Positions 14,054 through 27,510 of a stretch of DNA of 59,833 bases are shown one piece after another. The notes beneath the pieces were generated by a model. It did not search any database, had not been told where the DNA came from, and saw nothing but the letters and a program-made list of their open reading frames with translations. Every line of letters begins with the position of its first letter. Positions within the stretch are counted from its first letter, which is position 1. The translations under genes were made by a program, and so were the position numbers. The stretch is taken from NCBI GenBank assembly GCA_000934665.2, contig KZ538131.1, positions 62,001 to 121,833 on the forward strand, given 5' to 3'. This DNA comes from Catajapyx aquilonaris (Eukaryota).

Positions 14054-14056
<3 letters not shown>

Positions 14057-14114
<58 letters not shown>
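14057..14114. repeat. (GA)n microsatellite
   Basis: Uninterrupted GA dinucleotide run. Confidence 0.95.
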
Positions 14115-14120
<6 letters not shown>

Positions 14121-16309
14121 GGTAATGATGTCATGTTCCGGAGGGGGAATCCATAGGAGAAGTCATGCACTGGACACAATCCAAACACGTGCTTTGGCCG
14201 CAGTGTTGTTTAGGCAAGGAGCTTAATTACCTTCCATTAAAAGTTAAGCTTGGAATATTTTTGGGCACTAAAATTTCCCATTCCGTTACGTAAGCACAGA
14301 AGAGCCATCCTATATAAGCAGCCTGCAGTGTAAATCCGGGCAGGTAATCCTGGTTATAGGGTTTGAGACGCGCCGCATGTCGGAATCAAAATGTAGGACG
14401 TGTCATTGCCCCCGCCGTTTGCTCTGTCCAAAATACGCACTGCGTGCAGTATATATGCCAGATCACTATGGGATGCGCCTTAGGTCCACAGGACTGATCG
14501 ATATGTTTATGGCCAATAAGTCAGACAATGTTTATGGCGACTGATGACCGGGCATATTGAATGTAAATAAATATTGGGGGGGAAGGGGTCATGAGCTCGA
14601 AGGAGCGCTGATTCGATAACTTCCATGGGATGCATGTATATATGTGTGTGATTGTAAACTTCCGAGCGACCCAGTTGCGAAACGGGTCACGGCCACGGAG
14701 TACTGATAAACAAGTGCTGTACCGTCACTTGTTTCCTATTTGCGGTGTCTGCAAGCGATGACTTTCGCTGGTGGCAGCTCAAGAGAAACGGGACGTGCGC
14801 GTATAAAATTGATCGTTTCCAGCAGTGTCCTTCAGCCGGGTCACCACCGAGCTCTTGTTTGTTCAACCTGGTACCGGGTGAAGGGCAAAAGACGTACGCA
14901 AAATTGTAACGGTGAGGACGCAAAGCTGGAATTAAAAAAGGGGGTCAAGTTGCTCCCCTGACCTGCTCTAGGGCAAAGTCGAAGGAGCGGTATGGATTTT
15001 AAAAAGAAGTTGCGTATTGTCTCATACCTTGACCCGCTGTGGTATAGGTTGAGAATTGACGGACGCTTTATTTATAGTGCTGAGTTGCTGCAGTTTACAT
15101 CCTGTGCAAGTGCACATGCTTGCGGTTGTAAGCATTTAACATGCGTCGTAATTCGGGATGGTGTGAAGCAGGCTACGTTGCTGCCAAACGGCACCTTTCG
15201 AACGTGACTAGAGAAGGGCGAGTTGTGACCCGTGTCAGTAGTAGCCCTTGGATTCGATTCGGTCGGGCACTGAAAAGGCGAAGGAAAACTATAAACCCTG
15301 GCTCATATGCGCAGCGCCCACATTTCTATAAAGTTTCTAATATAAACCGTAGCTATGAACACGTGGAGATGGGGTAATTAATTAATCGTAAGTGTTTCTT
15401 TGGGGCATTAACGTTGCAGAATTTTGCAGTTGCGTCGTTTTTTTCTTCTTCTTGAACACGGTAGGAGACACGACAGCGTTTTCCTAGCTTGTATGTAACA
15501 AACACGACAAGGTCAGGACCACGGGGAACTCAAAGCTAGCCTGGAAGGTCCAAAGCTGGAGAGAAACAACAAAGAATAGAGTGGCCTTGGAAATGGTAGC
15601 CCGTACAAAGTTATTCAGAGGAAAGCGTGAAAGTGAAAATGCGTAGGACGGAATTCTGTGGAGTTGATGCATGAGACAGCGTGCGAAGCTGGAGAAAGTT
15701 ATTGTAAAGGGGTGAAAGCAGGTGTTTTTTGGGGAGGCTGCTGGAGTCAGGTGGTCGAAGTAGGACTGACTGATAAAATGCACGGCGTCGAACAGGTAGA
15801 GCTGATGACCTTCGAAAAGGGATTTGCTGGGCCCGATAGCCGCTGCCTATCAGATCAGTTTTCTAGAGAGATCAAGGGCAATGTGAAGTCACGAGATTTT
15901 TGCTGCACAGCTAGCTTGATTCGGTATGTCTCCTAGTCGTCTGCTGGCACGGTGCGTTGTTGACATGCGGTTAGTAATAATCATTTTCGCATATCGCTTT
16001 CTGCTGACGTGTCGTTGCGTTTAATTTGTTGGGTGCGTGTAGCTTCTGATTCTCGCACGTTAATTGGAGCGCTTTCTTTCTGGGAACTTTTCTGACATGA
16101 GATACGATATGTTTACACCCGTAAACTTCGAATCCCCCATCCCGCGAGACAGGTTTCTGCATTGCTTCCCTGCCAGACTGCCCTGAAGAAGGAGGGCAAG
16201 AATGCTGTCGTTCCCCCGCCACCCACCCACCACCCCTCTAATTCCCNCCCTGTTTTTGTTTCCCCTTTCTGTGCATACCCCCTGAAACAAGTGAGTAGTG
16301 GCAAACCTG

Positions 16310-16555
16310 AGGTTGCGATTGGCGAGCGCTGACCTAACCGTGACGTCACGCCGTACGCCCCACCTCTTCCACTCGCCTGGGCCAGCAGCTGTGTGTATGT
16401 GAGCGAGGGTGAGAGGGAAAGAGAGAGGGTGGGAGAGGGAGAGAGAGAGAGTGTGTGTGTGTGTGTGTGTAGGCGATGAATCAAGATAGCTAGGAGGTTT
16501 GGGTTAGGCAGCGTTTAGTCGTTGGGCAGCGTTGGAACAGTGCAGTCGACTCTCG
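16310..16555 (+). promoter_or_regulatory. Putative promoter of the distal alternative first exon of the TSC22/bunched-like gene
   Basis: Inverted CCAAT (GATTGG ~16317), CRE palindrome TGACGTCA 16341-16348, GAGA/GT repeats 16400-16470, directly upstream of a GC-rich exon ending in a canonical donor. Confidence 0.55.
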
Positions 16556-16633
16556 ATGTTCATCGCCATGTACATTCTGATCCCGTGGCTAGTACTGGTC
16601 GTGTACCTCTTCTTTGTGTTCCTGGACGTGTGA
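16556..16633 (+). CDS. Upstream ORF encoding a hydrophobic 25-aa peptide MFIAMYILIPWLVLVVYLFFVFLDV
   Basis: ATG 16556 with in-frame GCCATG 16568, TGA 16631-16633; G/C-rich third positions; lies in the predicted leader of the distal isoform. Translation not demonstrated. Confidence 0.4.
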   Translation: MFIAMYILIPWLVLVVYLFFVFLDV

Positions 16634-16698
16634 GGGAGAGCATGTCCCGTTCACGTGAATAGGCCAGCCAGCCAACCCAGACCTGGGCCAGTATTGAT

Positions 16699-16744
16699 CA
16701 GCAGCAGCGGCGGAGCAGCAGCAGCAGCAGCAGAGCAGCAGCAG
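16699..16744 (+). repeat. Imperfect (CAG)n tract in predicted 5' leader
   Basis: cagcagcagcggcggagcagcagcagc...; TAA at 16745-16747 is in the main frame, so it is not an N-terminal polyQ. Confidence 0.8.
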
Positions 16745-16873
16745 TAAGGGCCCGGGAATTGCAGACTTGTGGGTCAGGCAGGCTCAGCGACGGTGGCGAC
16801 CCAGGCCGTGCTCCGAGCGCCGGATGGCCTCCCGACGTTGAGGGGGCCAGTGGTGCTGGATAGTTGGGAGCGG

Positions 16874-17097
16874 ATGAGCTCGGGTTTGACGGACATCTTC
16901 GAGATGACCTCACCCCCCGACGGAGGTGGACAGAACCAAGGGACGGTGGTGGCGACGGCCGGAATGATCGGGGTCAGTGTCAACGTGGTACCACCGGCCT
17001 CGCCCCCCAACACGGTGCCCACGCTGAAGCACAAGCTGGACCTCAGCGACAATGCCACTTTGCTGGCGGTCTACTGCTTCATCAAGAATTTTATTGG
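16874..17097 (+). CDS. bun: TSC22/bunched-like protein, distal alternative first coding exon (MSSGLTDIFEMTSPP...YCFIKNFIG)
   Basis: GC-rich coding-like ORF ending ATT GG|GTGAGT (phase 2); joins exon 35300 as GG+C = Gly in frame with ASGTSTVAIDNKIEQAM. Confidence 0.75.
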
Positions 17098-20000
17098 GTG
17101 AGTCGAGCACGGGAAGAGGTTACGCAATGCGGTATGCCGACGGATGGTGACAGGTGAAACTTGAGGATGCCCAGACTAGACCGGATGGCGGTTTGATATT
17201 AATAGATGGGCTCATAGCGGGAGTATACCTCATACTTCTTACAGGTGGGGAGGGATTAGCAGGAAGCTTTGGACAAATCTGATAGCGTATTGGTGACCTT
17301 GCAAAAGTCTGGTCCACATGCTGGAGCAGATGTTTTGCCTGAAGCATTTGTTTTGCAAACCTGGCCCTGGTTGTCATGTGACAGGTAGGCCTACTAAGGC
17401 CTGCTTAAATTTGCAACCCTTTTTTTGTCGAGCCCGGGTGCATATAAAAGTGGGTGTGTTTGCTGATAAATTTATTGAGCCGTCAGTCCAGGTGTCAGCA
17501 GGCAGTTCTTCGGCCCTTATGAATGATACACGTGTAGCTGCTGTTCATAAGACGCATATCTGGAGTAATATAACAGTTTGCTGACATACGGGTCGGATCG
17601 CTCTGGGAGCAGCGAAAGTCATGTAGTGATAGGCGAGCGACAAATAGCGCCGGCATTATGCAGTGAATCGGAGCGCATTCAAGCTTGTTCTTTCCATTCA
17701 TAAAACGCGGCCAACATGGCCGTGGCCCGAGTCAAGGTGTGTTCACAAAGCTGGCGAGAAACCGAAGCTTTCGAGCGAATTTGTGACATTTTTAGCGTGA
17801 GTGTGAATGGGGTGCAAGCTTCTCGCTACTCGCGAGTTTGTGAACAGAGGAGGTGGTCAATACTGACAGAGTATGCGAATAATGTTTGCACCGTAGTGAT
17901 GGCGTAGTGGGTCTGGCAGGATCCTGCAGAATGTGCACGATGGTCTGCTGTGCAATATCCTTCTCCGGGATATCCTATATGTTGGGCTGCATAATTCCGG
18001 GTTGACCTTGAGGGTCGCATCTCAATTATGTAGCAGTCGGAGACGTTTTTGTTTCCTGACAACTAGTTTTTTCCCACGGTCGTTTTCAGTCATTCAGGGA
18101 GATAAAATATTGTCAGTGGTGTTGAAATTTGACGGGCTCTGCTCAAACGGCATTGGTAGTTTTCATTGACCAGAGGGGGTGATAGCAGCAATATGACGAA
18201 AATGTCGTTTTACCTTGACTGAATTTCTGGCAATGCCATGAAAGTTGTGAATGACGTGATGAGGAGTGTTATCTATCTATCGCAATGCGTGGGCGTCGGA
18301 AAGATAGGACACGAAAGTATCGATGAACTATTTTCAAACGCTCTTTTAGGCACATTTTTAACAACATGAAGCTCGATGGTGTTGTCCACACGACTGTATC
18401 AGTATAGGTTCACAGAGCCACTTGAGAAGCTCATATTATGTAAATGTGAGCTTATCAAGTGAAAAGTGTGAGCAGACCATAACCCTGTTGGGCATCCGGA
18501 TTGGAAATGCACGATGTACCCATTTCGGTCGAACTGATCATGACTAGTCTGCGAGCGGTTCAGGTACAGTTACTTCCATAAACGTGCCCCTGCACACACG
18601 AGGTATTTCGTCAGTCTTGGGGAGGACGTCACTGACTCTTTTCGGTGAAAACATGGACAGACCCCTGTCTTGGGATTGTTTATACCCGGAGGGTTCTAGG
18701 CAAGCATCGATTTTCCTACCGGTTCTTTCCGGTCGAGACCTTTTTCCTCATGAATAGGTAACCATAAGTCTGAGCGCCATTCTCAGGTACTGTGGGGATT
18801 CACGTTCACTGCACATCTGACGTCACCACTCGGACGACTTGTTGCACTTTATTTTTATTGATGCAGCAGCCAGTACCACGAGGTGGACTGGTGGTTAAAA
18901 ATCGTAGGCAGCCAAGAAGGTCGCGGGTTCGATCCTTGGAGAGTGTTCGAATTTACCTCGGGGGCAACAATTGTTGTATGAAGGATCCTGCTCATGGTAA
19001 TAAAGGACTCCGTTTTAGCCCCCATGTACCTATCTCAAAGCAGTGCTAATTTTGACCAGAGGTGACATCACGGCTCCTTTGTGTTGTTTGTACAGGTTCG
19101 CTCATAGTCCTGGCATGTTGAATTTGGAACGGATATGTCACTTATTATACCCCCCCCNCCCCCCCCCCCCGGGTTATATCTATTTTTTCCCCCCCTTCGC
19201 TCCGGTACGTACGTCCTTGCCCTCTTCGGTCGGAAATAGCTGGCGCTTTGAGGAAGGATTCCCCGCTCTTGGAAAATGTCAAACAATGTGGAGGGGTAAT
19301 TGGATCAAGGACGAAAAAAAAAAGAAGGCCCGAGTGACGTGCATGCATCAGGTGGAAGCCGTAATGTAATTGCGGTGTAAAAAAGAAGCACTTCTCCTCC
19401 ATCAGCGATGCCGGTTGTCCTTGACATTGAATGGTTCGGCGCAGCGTTTGAAAACATGCAGTTCCCGCGTGAGATCGCACAACCTATTGGTCGAAGTTGA
19501 CAGACCTCAGAAAGTGGCGAAACGGTGTTGCAGTGTTAGGGAAAATAAATTTGTATCTATAGGGGTAGCGGAGGGGGAAAAAAGTGGCGTTTAGGGACGC
19601 TTCAAGGTTATTAGTACGCAAGTCAAGCTTAATGGTCGGACGTACTTATGCAACGCGACTAGCTTGTTTGCGTTACGTGGCCAGCACTGGTGGAGATAAA
19701 GTGCTGGGGTTCAAGTCCAGTACATGGGTGTCGTATTCAAAATATGTTGGTAAGTTCTTTGGTCAGGGGGGTTGTGGAATGTTCGGAATGAAAAATATTA
19801 TTGATAATATCAGGTTGAATTGGGGTGTATTATTTCAAGCCTGGGGCTCACTTCTATACTATAGGCGTTAAGGGTTGATGAACCCTCCAGCACAATACAA
19901 GGATCAGAATTCGGTATGTTATTATCAGTAACATATTTGCTACCGCTGGATGTAGGCCATGCAGGAGACAATGAGCAAGTTGGAATGCTGGAATTTTTCT

Positions 20001-23000
20001 GGTGTGACGTTTGATAAGAAATACGACTCGCGTCTTGTGGTAAAAACAACTTGTGGACTTTTGAAAATGTGGGTTCGGTGTATTGGGGGCGTGAGGCACA
20101 TGGGACATTTGGTTTTCCGAGCGGATATCACTTGTATAGCATTCAATATTGTACCGGCTGTATTACCCGAAATTCCATCGCGTTCTTGGACGCAGATATT
20201 GGCCGTAGAAACATCAGAGATAGGCGTTGTTGTTCGTGATTGGCGATGTATATGGCGTCAATGAACATGCCCCATGGGGTTAAGAGTTATCTCGCATGTG
20301 AGAGCCAACTCGCGTGTACCGCGATTATTTTCCAGACGGGCTCATCCAACGATGGCATCCACTCCGCACGGAGGTGCTCCAGTGACAAGGAAGAGTTGGT
20401 AAATCGTGACGTCAACAGGTGCAGTTTTCTCGCCACTTCCGAGAGAGGTCAGAGAGGGGGAAAAAAACAAAAAACTTGAGCTGTGGAACCGAATGGGCCC
20501 AAATTAATTCTACGGGAAGTCCCCGAAGAGCGTGGCCATGTATAAGGTACGGCTGATAAGGAATGGTGTTGGATGATAGCGGCATGACGTGTGATCTCAT
20601 GTTGACATATAAAACTCGTGCCGCGATAAAAGGCGACTCCCGTGTTGGAGCACGTGGCGGTGAAATACTCGGTTTCACGTAGCATGTACGGCTCATGCGG
20701 AACAGCAGTTTCACATTTCTGTTTGTTTTCATTTTTTGGGGGGTAAGAAACTGGAGTGCGCCACACCTCTTTTGCATGCGAGGGGGTGACGTATTGCCGG
20801 CAGATGCTGCTTTTCTTCCTGTTCCGTATGAGCTCGTGCTTTCGAATTTTTGCTGGGGTGTTAGCAAGCACTATCACCATGATTTTGGAGTTGTTTTAGT
20901 GATGACCTAGTTACCAGGGAGCTGCCAGCACCGCCCTTTTGGTATTGATTTTTGGGGAGGATAAAACGAAAACAGTTTTTTTTTGTGCTGCCGATTTCCA
21001 CGCAGCAGATTTTGGTCACGTGATACCGCGGCACCTTGACTGCAATTGGATTAATTAGCGTCGTTCTTCCACACCCTATGCGAAATTCATATTTGACCCC
21101 AAAATGTCCCGGGCAGGTTATAGAGGGTAGGAGGTGGGGGAATACCAGGCGTGGCTGAAAATGACGTGCCAAGTGGCAATTATCTACGAGCTTCTTCCCC
21201 GCGACCCACTTTTTTATATACGAAAAATGTGAAAGGGGCTATTATTGCGATCTGGAGTCTATTATAAGTCCATTCCGCCGCCGCGCACCTGTCAACGCAG
21301 CAAAGGTATCCAAGTAGGACACAATGCTCCAGTATTAAATTTTGGTGCGAGAGAGCAGAAATGCGGGCGAATCACAGTTCAAGGTTTTCTATTTCTGTGG
21401 GGGGTATATAGGCTTTTTTTTATATATAAAAAAAAGAGTTGGAAAAGAGGCACGTGAGAATGGTGGCCAGATAAGGCGAAGGAAGACGGTATTGTTAGGC
21501 TCGCGAACTGGTTCACCCTCGTGTAGATGAAGGCGATGCGTTTTCGGAAGATATTTTAAAGCTGGGGCACAATGATCCAGATGTTGCAAATTCTGGCAAA
21601 TTTGCAAGGTCGTGGCCCAATAATAATTTTTCGGCGGGCCGAGGAACCTTGGTTTTTAGCAACAATGCGGCCGAGGAGATGCCGGGCTGGAGCCGTAAAG
21701 TGTTTGGTCACATACCACATCACTTTGTTTCCCGCCAGAGCAATTGGGGGTGCTCGTTTATAGGACCGGTTGTATCAACCGGGCCTACAAAATCAGCAGC
21801 ACGTTTTATCGTAAAATGAGGGATCCAGTGATATGCAAAGAATGCGTGAAATATGGCGACTTCTATTGTGCTGATTTTAAGTGCAGTGTTAAAATTTGTA
21901 GCGCAGGGCAGGGAATTTTTTTTCAGACCCCCATGTCACCTGGTAACCCAGTCTGTGCCAGCGGAAGCAACTTTAGCGGGGGGGGGGGGGGGGGNNNNNN
22001 NNNNNNNNNNNNNNNNNNNNNNNNNNNNNNNNNNNNNNNNNNNNNNNNNNNNNNNNNNNNNNNNNNNNNNNNNNNNNNNNNNNNNNNNNNNNNNNNNNNN
22101 NNNNNNNNNNNNNNNNNNNNNNNNNNNNNNNNNNNNNNNNNNNNNNNNNNNNNNNNNNNNNNNNNNNNNNNNNNNNNNNNNNNNNNNNNNNNNNNNNNNN
22201 NNNNNNNNNNNNNNNNNNNNNNNNNNNNNNNNNNNNNNNNNNNNNNNNNNNNNNNNNNNNNNNNNNNNNNNNNNNNNNNNNNNNNNNNNNNNNNNNNNNN
22301 NNNNNNNNNNCCCCCCTTTCTGGCCTTGGTGCTAATTCAAGGCCGGAAGGAGCCCCCGTCTCTTTGGCCCTCTTCCACGCCGCTTTTGGGAGCCGCCATC
22401 TTTACCTACGTGACCTCTACATGGAATGCAGCCGTATTGCACATTCCGGCCCGCAGAAGGGCAGCCCGGACTCTCTCCGGGTGATTGTTGACATGGGCCA
22501 CGTGTGTCCTGTGCCACCAGGGGTTAGGGCCGTAACCATAAATTTGGAGGGCTAAGGGATTCTTGGCTGGGATAAACTGCCCTGTTGACGTCGCTGGTTG
22601 GCCCATAGGAAGAGAGAGAGAGGGGGGGGGAGGGGGGGGGGAAAAAAAAGAGACATTGGCTAAGCACCCAAGGAGCCTCCGTGTTATACACCACATGTAA
22701 TGTGGAGGATCTGTCATCTAGTAGCTACCCACACATGCGGCGCTTCGGAGGGCTCCAGTGCGCTTGGAGGTGTTATTGGGAGAACATGTTGGATTTTTGG
22801 TTAGTGAGGACGGCCGTATAGCGAAATGGTACACAAAGTCGGGGTCATGGAGGAGAGCAAGAAGCGTCTCAACTGTAGGCTCTACCGGGTGATGAGGTAA
22901 TGCATGTGCAGGTTTTGCTCCGTTGCATGGGTTTGCAGCTGAACATACTGGGCGCCAATGTCATATTGAATAGCTAATAGCGGTGGGCTTCCGAGCTTCA

Positions 23001-26000
23001 TTTTGAGTGGACTGCTTCGAATCGACTCGTGCTTTCTGACATGTGGACAAGCCTTGTCCCCCCATACTTCCAATCAATTATAACGTGCAATGAATAATTC
23101 CAGGGTCCTTTCCTCCGGGTCGTTTTCCTGTAAAAGTCGATGTCCCTAACGTCTTTCGCAACGATCCATCCGTCATCTCGCATGCCGACATCGGCCATAA
23201 TAAGGTTGTAAAAGGAACACTTTGGTGGGGTCACACACCCGGGCCATTCCAGGAGCCACAAGGTCGTTATCTCCCATATTTATTTGTGGTTCGGAGGACC
23301 TTTTTGACGTCATTCACGCCTTCCCTCAAGGTGCGGCCGAACAACACCGTTTTGTCGCCGTTTAAATTGTAACCGAGGCCGCTGGCTGACTCGTATGTCC
23401 GATGATGCAGCATGTGACGTATGGCGCGACATTGGGCTTTTGGGTAAAACCGAACTGAAGGCTGGCATTATTTGTGTCTGACCAGTGCAACTGCTGATCG
23501 GGTGACAAGGACAAGGTCGGATTTGGCAGGATAGTGAAAGCGTCCAATGATAACTGATGGTGTGGTAAAGCCCGGTTTCCACTGGAGCTAAGTAGCTGTT
23601 TACTTGTTTTCCGCTGGTAACATATTCAAGGTGTTGCTGCTGAATTGTCTATGTAAGAGCAGTATCTCTGAACTGGAATACACAGTGGCTGCAGCCACGT
23701 TCAGTAATGGGTCGGTTATTCGTCCTACTGCTACAGGTAGCAAAGGTTACTTGTCAAAAACTAATGACCATGGTAACCCTCTAGAAGGCTGATATAGGAG
23801 AATTGTGCACTGTACAGCCAGGAGTACTCTGGTAGCAATGACTTAGTAGAAGGACGAAAAATCGACCCAATGAAGCTTACAATTAAAGCTAGTGACGTCA
23901 GTAACCAAGTTCCTTCAGCAGGGGAGCTACAGTTCGTGAAATTCTGGCAATAAGGAACTTATTAGCAGCAAATATTAGGTGGAATAGGGCTTGACCACTC
24001 GCGCATTCAGGTATACACTGTAATCACGAGAGGTTGCAATGCTTACCTATATGGAAAGTGATTATGCGTAATTACGAGTTATCGTAATCAGGTGTAAACT
24101 TGAAGAGGAGCAGCTGATCTTAGTGGTTGAAGGTTGGACGCGAGACTTTGAATCTTACGAGTTCAAGGGTTGGACCCCCCGTTGCAGTGGTAAACAAGGA
24201 TGCTTCCATTCAACCTCACATATAGGCAGTGAATATATTCGTTAATAGATACAAGTAACAGCTTACTTAACAGCAGCTTTGTGCCAACATTTCGCCAGCT
24301 ACGACCGACAGTGCCTGTATTATGAAACTGACTATATGGTTGGTGGCTATCACCTACCTTTGAGTCAGCTGGTTTTGGGCCCACTATGAACCTGCATGCA
24401 TTTCTGGGTCCCCTTATCCACGTGAATCCCATCTTCATTTCAGGCCCACTTACTCATATGGGGGTGTTCTGGAACACCCTGTTATGTACAGTAAAGTACA
24501 GCCTTCAACCATAGTTTTGATCGAATGAAATGGAATGCTTTTCTGGAGCTGGCGATCACATTTTCGGCCGTTATCTCCTGCGTATTGCATTTAACGAGAA
24601 TTGATGAGAGGAAAAGGGGTGACGTCTGGGGGAAAGGGAGGCGCAGTTTTGGTCCAATTCATCTAGTGTCCCGTAATATTGGCTGGAGCAGTATGACGTA
24701 AGTTGGGACGTCACGTGCTCGGGATTTACTCTCCGGGTCTTCTTTAATGGATCGATACGTTTACGCATGCACAGTGCAATACCAGCAGTTCAAGTAGGGG
24801 AAAGGGGCAAAAGAAAAAAAAAGATAAGTCATTTGAAGATCACAGGGGCGATCTACCTTTTTTTTTTTTTAAAAAAAGCCCTGATTTGCATAATGCAAGG
24901 CGGGTGTTTGAAAAGCTATTTGAGCATCCCGGATTGATTCATTAGCACAAAGAGTATATGGGTCAGGGTTACGGGGTGTGGGTATACACACATGGCGGAT
25001 TGCAATTATGTGCTGTGGGGGTGCGCGTGAATGAATGTGTACCGGTGTGATGTCAGCGGGGTGATATAGGTTAGGCGGCCCTCAAGAGATATGAGAAAGC
25101 ACCTGATTTTGTGTTCAGGTGTTGAGAGTTGGAAGGCATCACGCGCGTAATGACGTTATTTGGGCGAGAAATATGTGTATGTTTTTCGTCGTGGGGACGG
25201 TTTAAAATTGGATGGTTTTTTTGGGTGGGGATCTGAGCACATACGTCGGATGTCGTACATTTTTTTTTTCGAGTATAGGTTCGCGCCGGATGTGATTACT
25301 GCGGAATTGGCGTCAGGCCACCGTGCTTATTTTTAAAGGGCGGTTATGGTAATTAATTGGTTCGACTCGGTCTGATTGGGCTGGCACCTGCGCCAGTGGG
25401 TGAATCGCACCACATTTTTTTTGTATTGTATAGCTTCAGGATTTATGTTTGCGACTGTTTCCTCTCAAGTAAATGCGACAAGCATGTTAGGCACTAAGTA
25501 ATGGATGGGGATAATTACGGTAGCTTGGTTAGAATTATGTGACTACCTGGGGGAAATCCTAATTGTCTCGTTAAAATTATTATTAGTAGCCGAAGTTACT
25601 TGATTCAAACCCCCCAAAACTGAGTATTTTTGCCTGGAGAAAAAATACGACATTTTGCTTGGGGGGAGTTGTACCTCATAGTGTGGCGTACCAGAGTGAT
25701 GTTCGTAAATAGCTAAATGAAATGCACGCGAATATTCTTCATAATATAATTATAGAAGATCAACACTTCTTAGCATGTCAGTATCGTACGCTGGAGCAAT
25801 TAGGAGGCATTCGCGTCGTCGCTTAGGCCAATTTTGTAATTTTTACTGAGAAACAGCATGTATTGTGTATTTTGTTAGAAAAGAGGGTATGGTGTCAGCC
25901 TGTACTATGCTATCAGCCTCTATAGCACTCGCAATACCTGGAAACCACCTGCACCCCATGTCCTATACGTGGGCCAGAGCCTTGTCACCAAGTACACCTA

Positions 26001-27417
26001 CCCAGGACTAAGTGGTCGTAGGCTGTCGTTGAACTCTGGCACGAAGGCATCTATAAAAAGCAAAAGGTCATGCTAATAATTAATCCCATAAAGAACAATA
26101 GGCCAATGAGTGTCGCAGTCATCAATAAAAGTCGTGCACTCGACATAATGACGCGCGACTTCCGACCCCGTGGTCACCTTCATCACTTGTGAGAGGAAAT
26201 GATATTGCTGAGGCACATCGGATAGGCAAAGATGATAGGAGCTAAGAGAAAGGAGCCTGCTGGGGGTGCTTTTCTGTGCCTCCACACTTTGCCCCCTTCC
26301 TGGCCCTCCCTTCCACCCCGGGCTCCCCAACCTCCTTAGTAATGGCACGCATGCGCAGGGACTAACCTTTTATGATCAAGTCTGCCAGAGACGCGTCAGT
26401 GTTCCGTGGGCACCAACCTTTGTGCTGCCGAAATCTTCGAAAAAGCAAAACGGGGGACGGTATGGGTCCTTGATAGGGACCCGGAGCCCCTCCTGGCGTG
26501 TGCTGGGTCAGCCAAAGAGGGGTAGGTCAAGGGTCACGGTGCATGATTGCGAGAGAGGCATGCTATAATTTTCTGACATACGCACCTGCTAGAAGTATAG
26601 TTTGGTAGGTTATGAGGGTTGGTATGTACTGTATGTAAGCGCGGACATTTTGTCATATTTATATTTATTTATATATTAGGAGGAGTCGTGCACAAAATGT
26701 CCGAGTAGTAGGCGTCCAGGCAAGAACGGGACCTGGGCAACATGCCAGGGAATGTAGGTCCTGCCAGGGAAATTATTGATTCTCCTAGCCAAGCCGGCCC
26801 TAAGTCGGTCTGCCACTAAACCGGATAGTTCTGGTAGCTTTGCGGAACATTGTCCCCCCCCCCCNCCCTACTACCCCCGCACTAGTCGTTTAGAGTTGGC
26901 TGTCAGTGTTATGGTTATTGCCGTGTGACATAACAGTTGGCGGCGTGAAGGGAACGGAATATTTGTGTATGTTACACCTGTTCGTGGGTAACTGTTTTGT
27001 TGGTTCATATTAATCTTACGGGTTGTCTACCTCGCGGTAGAGTTCAAATGGCACATTGAAACATGGGACAATTGTTGTGATTAGGAACTGGTCCGTGTTG
27101 ACATATTGGTGTAGCTTGCCTATAGCTAGTCGTGTCGATCAGCATTGTTTTCGTACTTCCGTTTGGTGCGATAGAAATACTCGGAAAGTTATGCGTCGGC
27201 ATCGGAATACCGCAAATGATATGTTTCTCCTGTTATGATGTATTCGAGCTTGAAATAGCACTGACGTCACACGACTTAATTGTTAGCTACAGCGTTCATG
27301 TCGTTGAGTCATTGTTGCTCATTGTCATGTCAATATTCTGATACTTGTGTATTACACTTGTCCGTTTTATATACTGAAGGTGTATGTGTATGTATGTATA
27401 TGTAATCCTGCACGTTT

Positions 27418-27510
27418 TTAACGCCAAGTCTCTCTCTTTGTAGGTAAGTGTCGAAACATGATTGACAACAATGCCTGGCCATGGGTTGCTAACCAGAAGG
27501 TCACGTGAGT
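27418..27510 (+). other. Candidate recursive splice site (AG|GT at 27443/27444) with 61-nt cryptic RS-exon 27444-27504
   Basis: TTAAC branch-like 27418-27422, tctctctctttgTAG followed by the perfect donor GTAAGT; downstream donor CAC|GTGAGT at 27504/27505. Confidence 0.6.

Noticed and set aside
18880..18945. tRNA-like A/B boxes (also at 49823, 55667, 59335)
   Set aside because: No complete cloverleaf; these are SINE heads, not tRNA genes.
21744..22484. Long ORFs spanning N-runs (also 48815-49222)
   Set aside because: Artefacts of assembly gaps flanked by poly-G/C.
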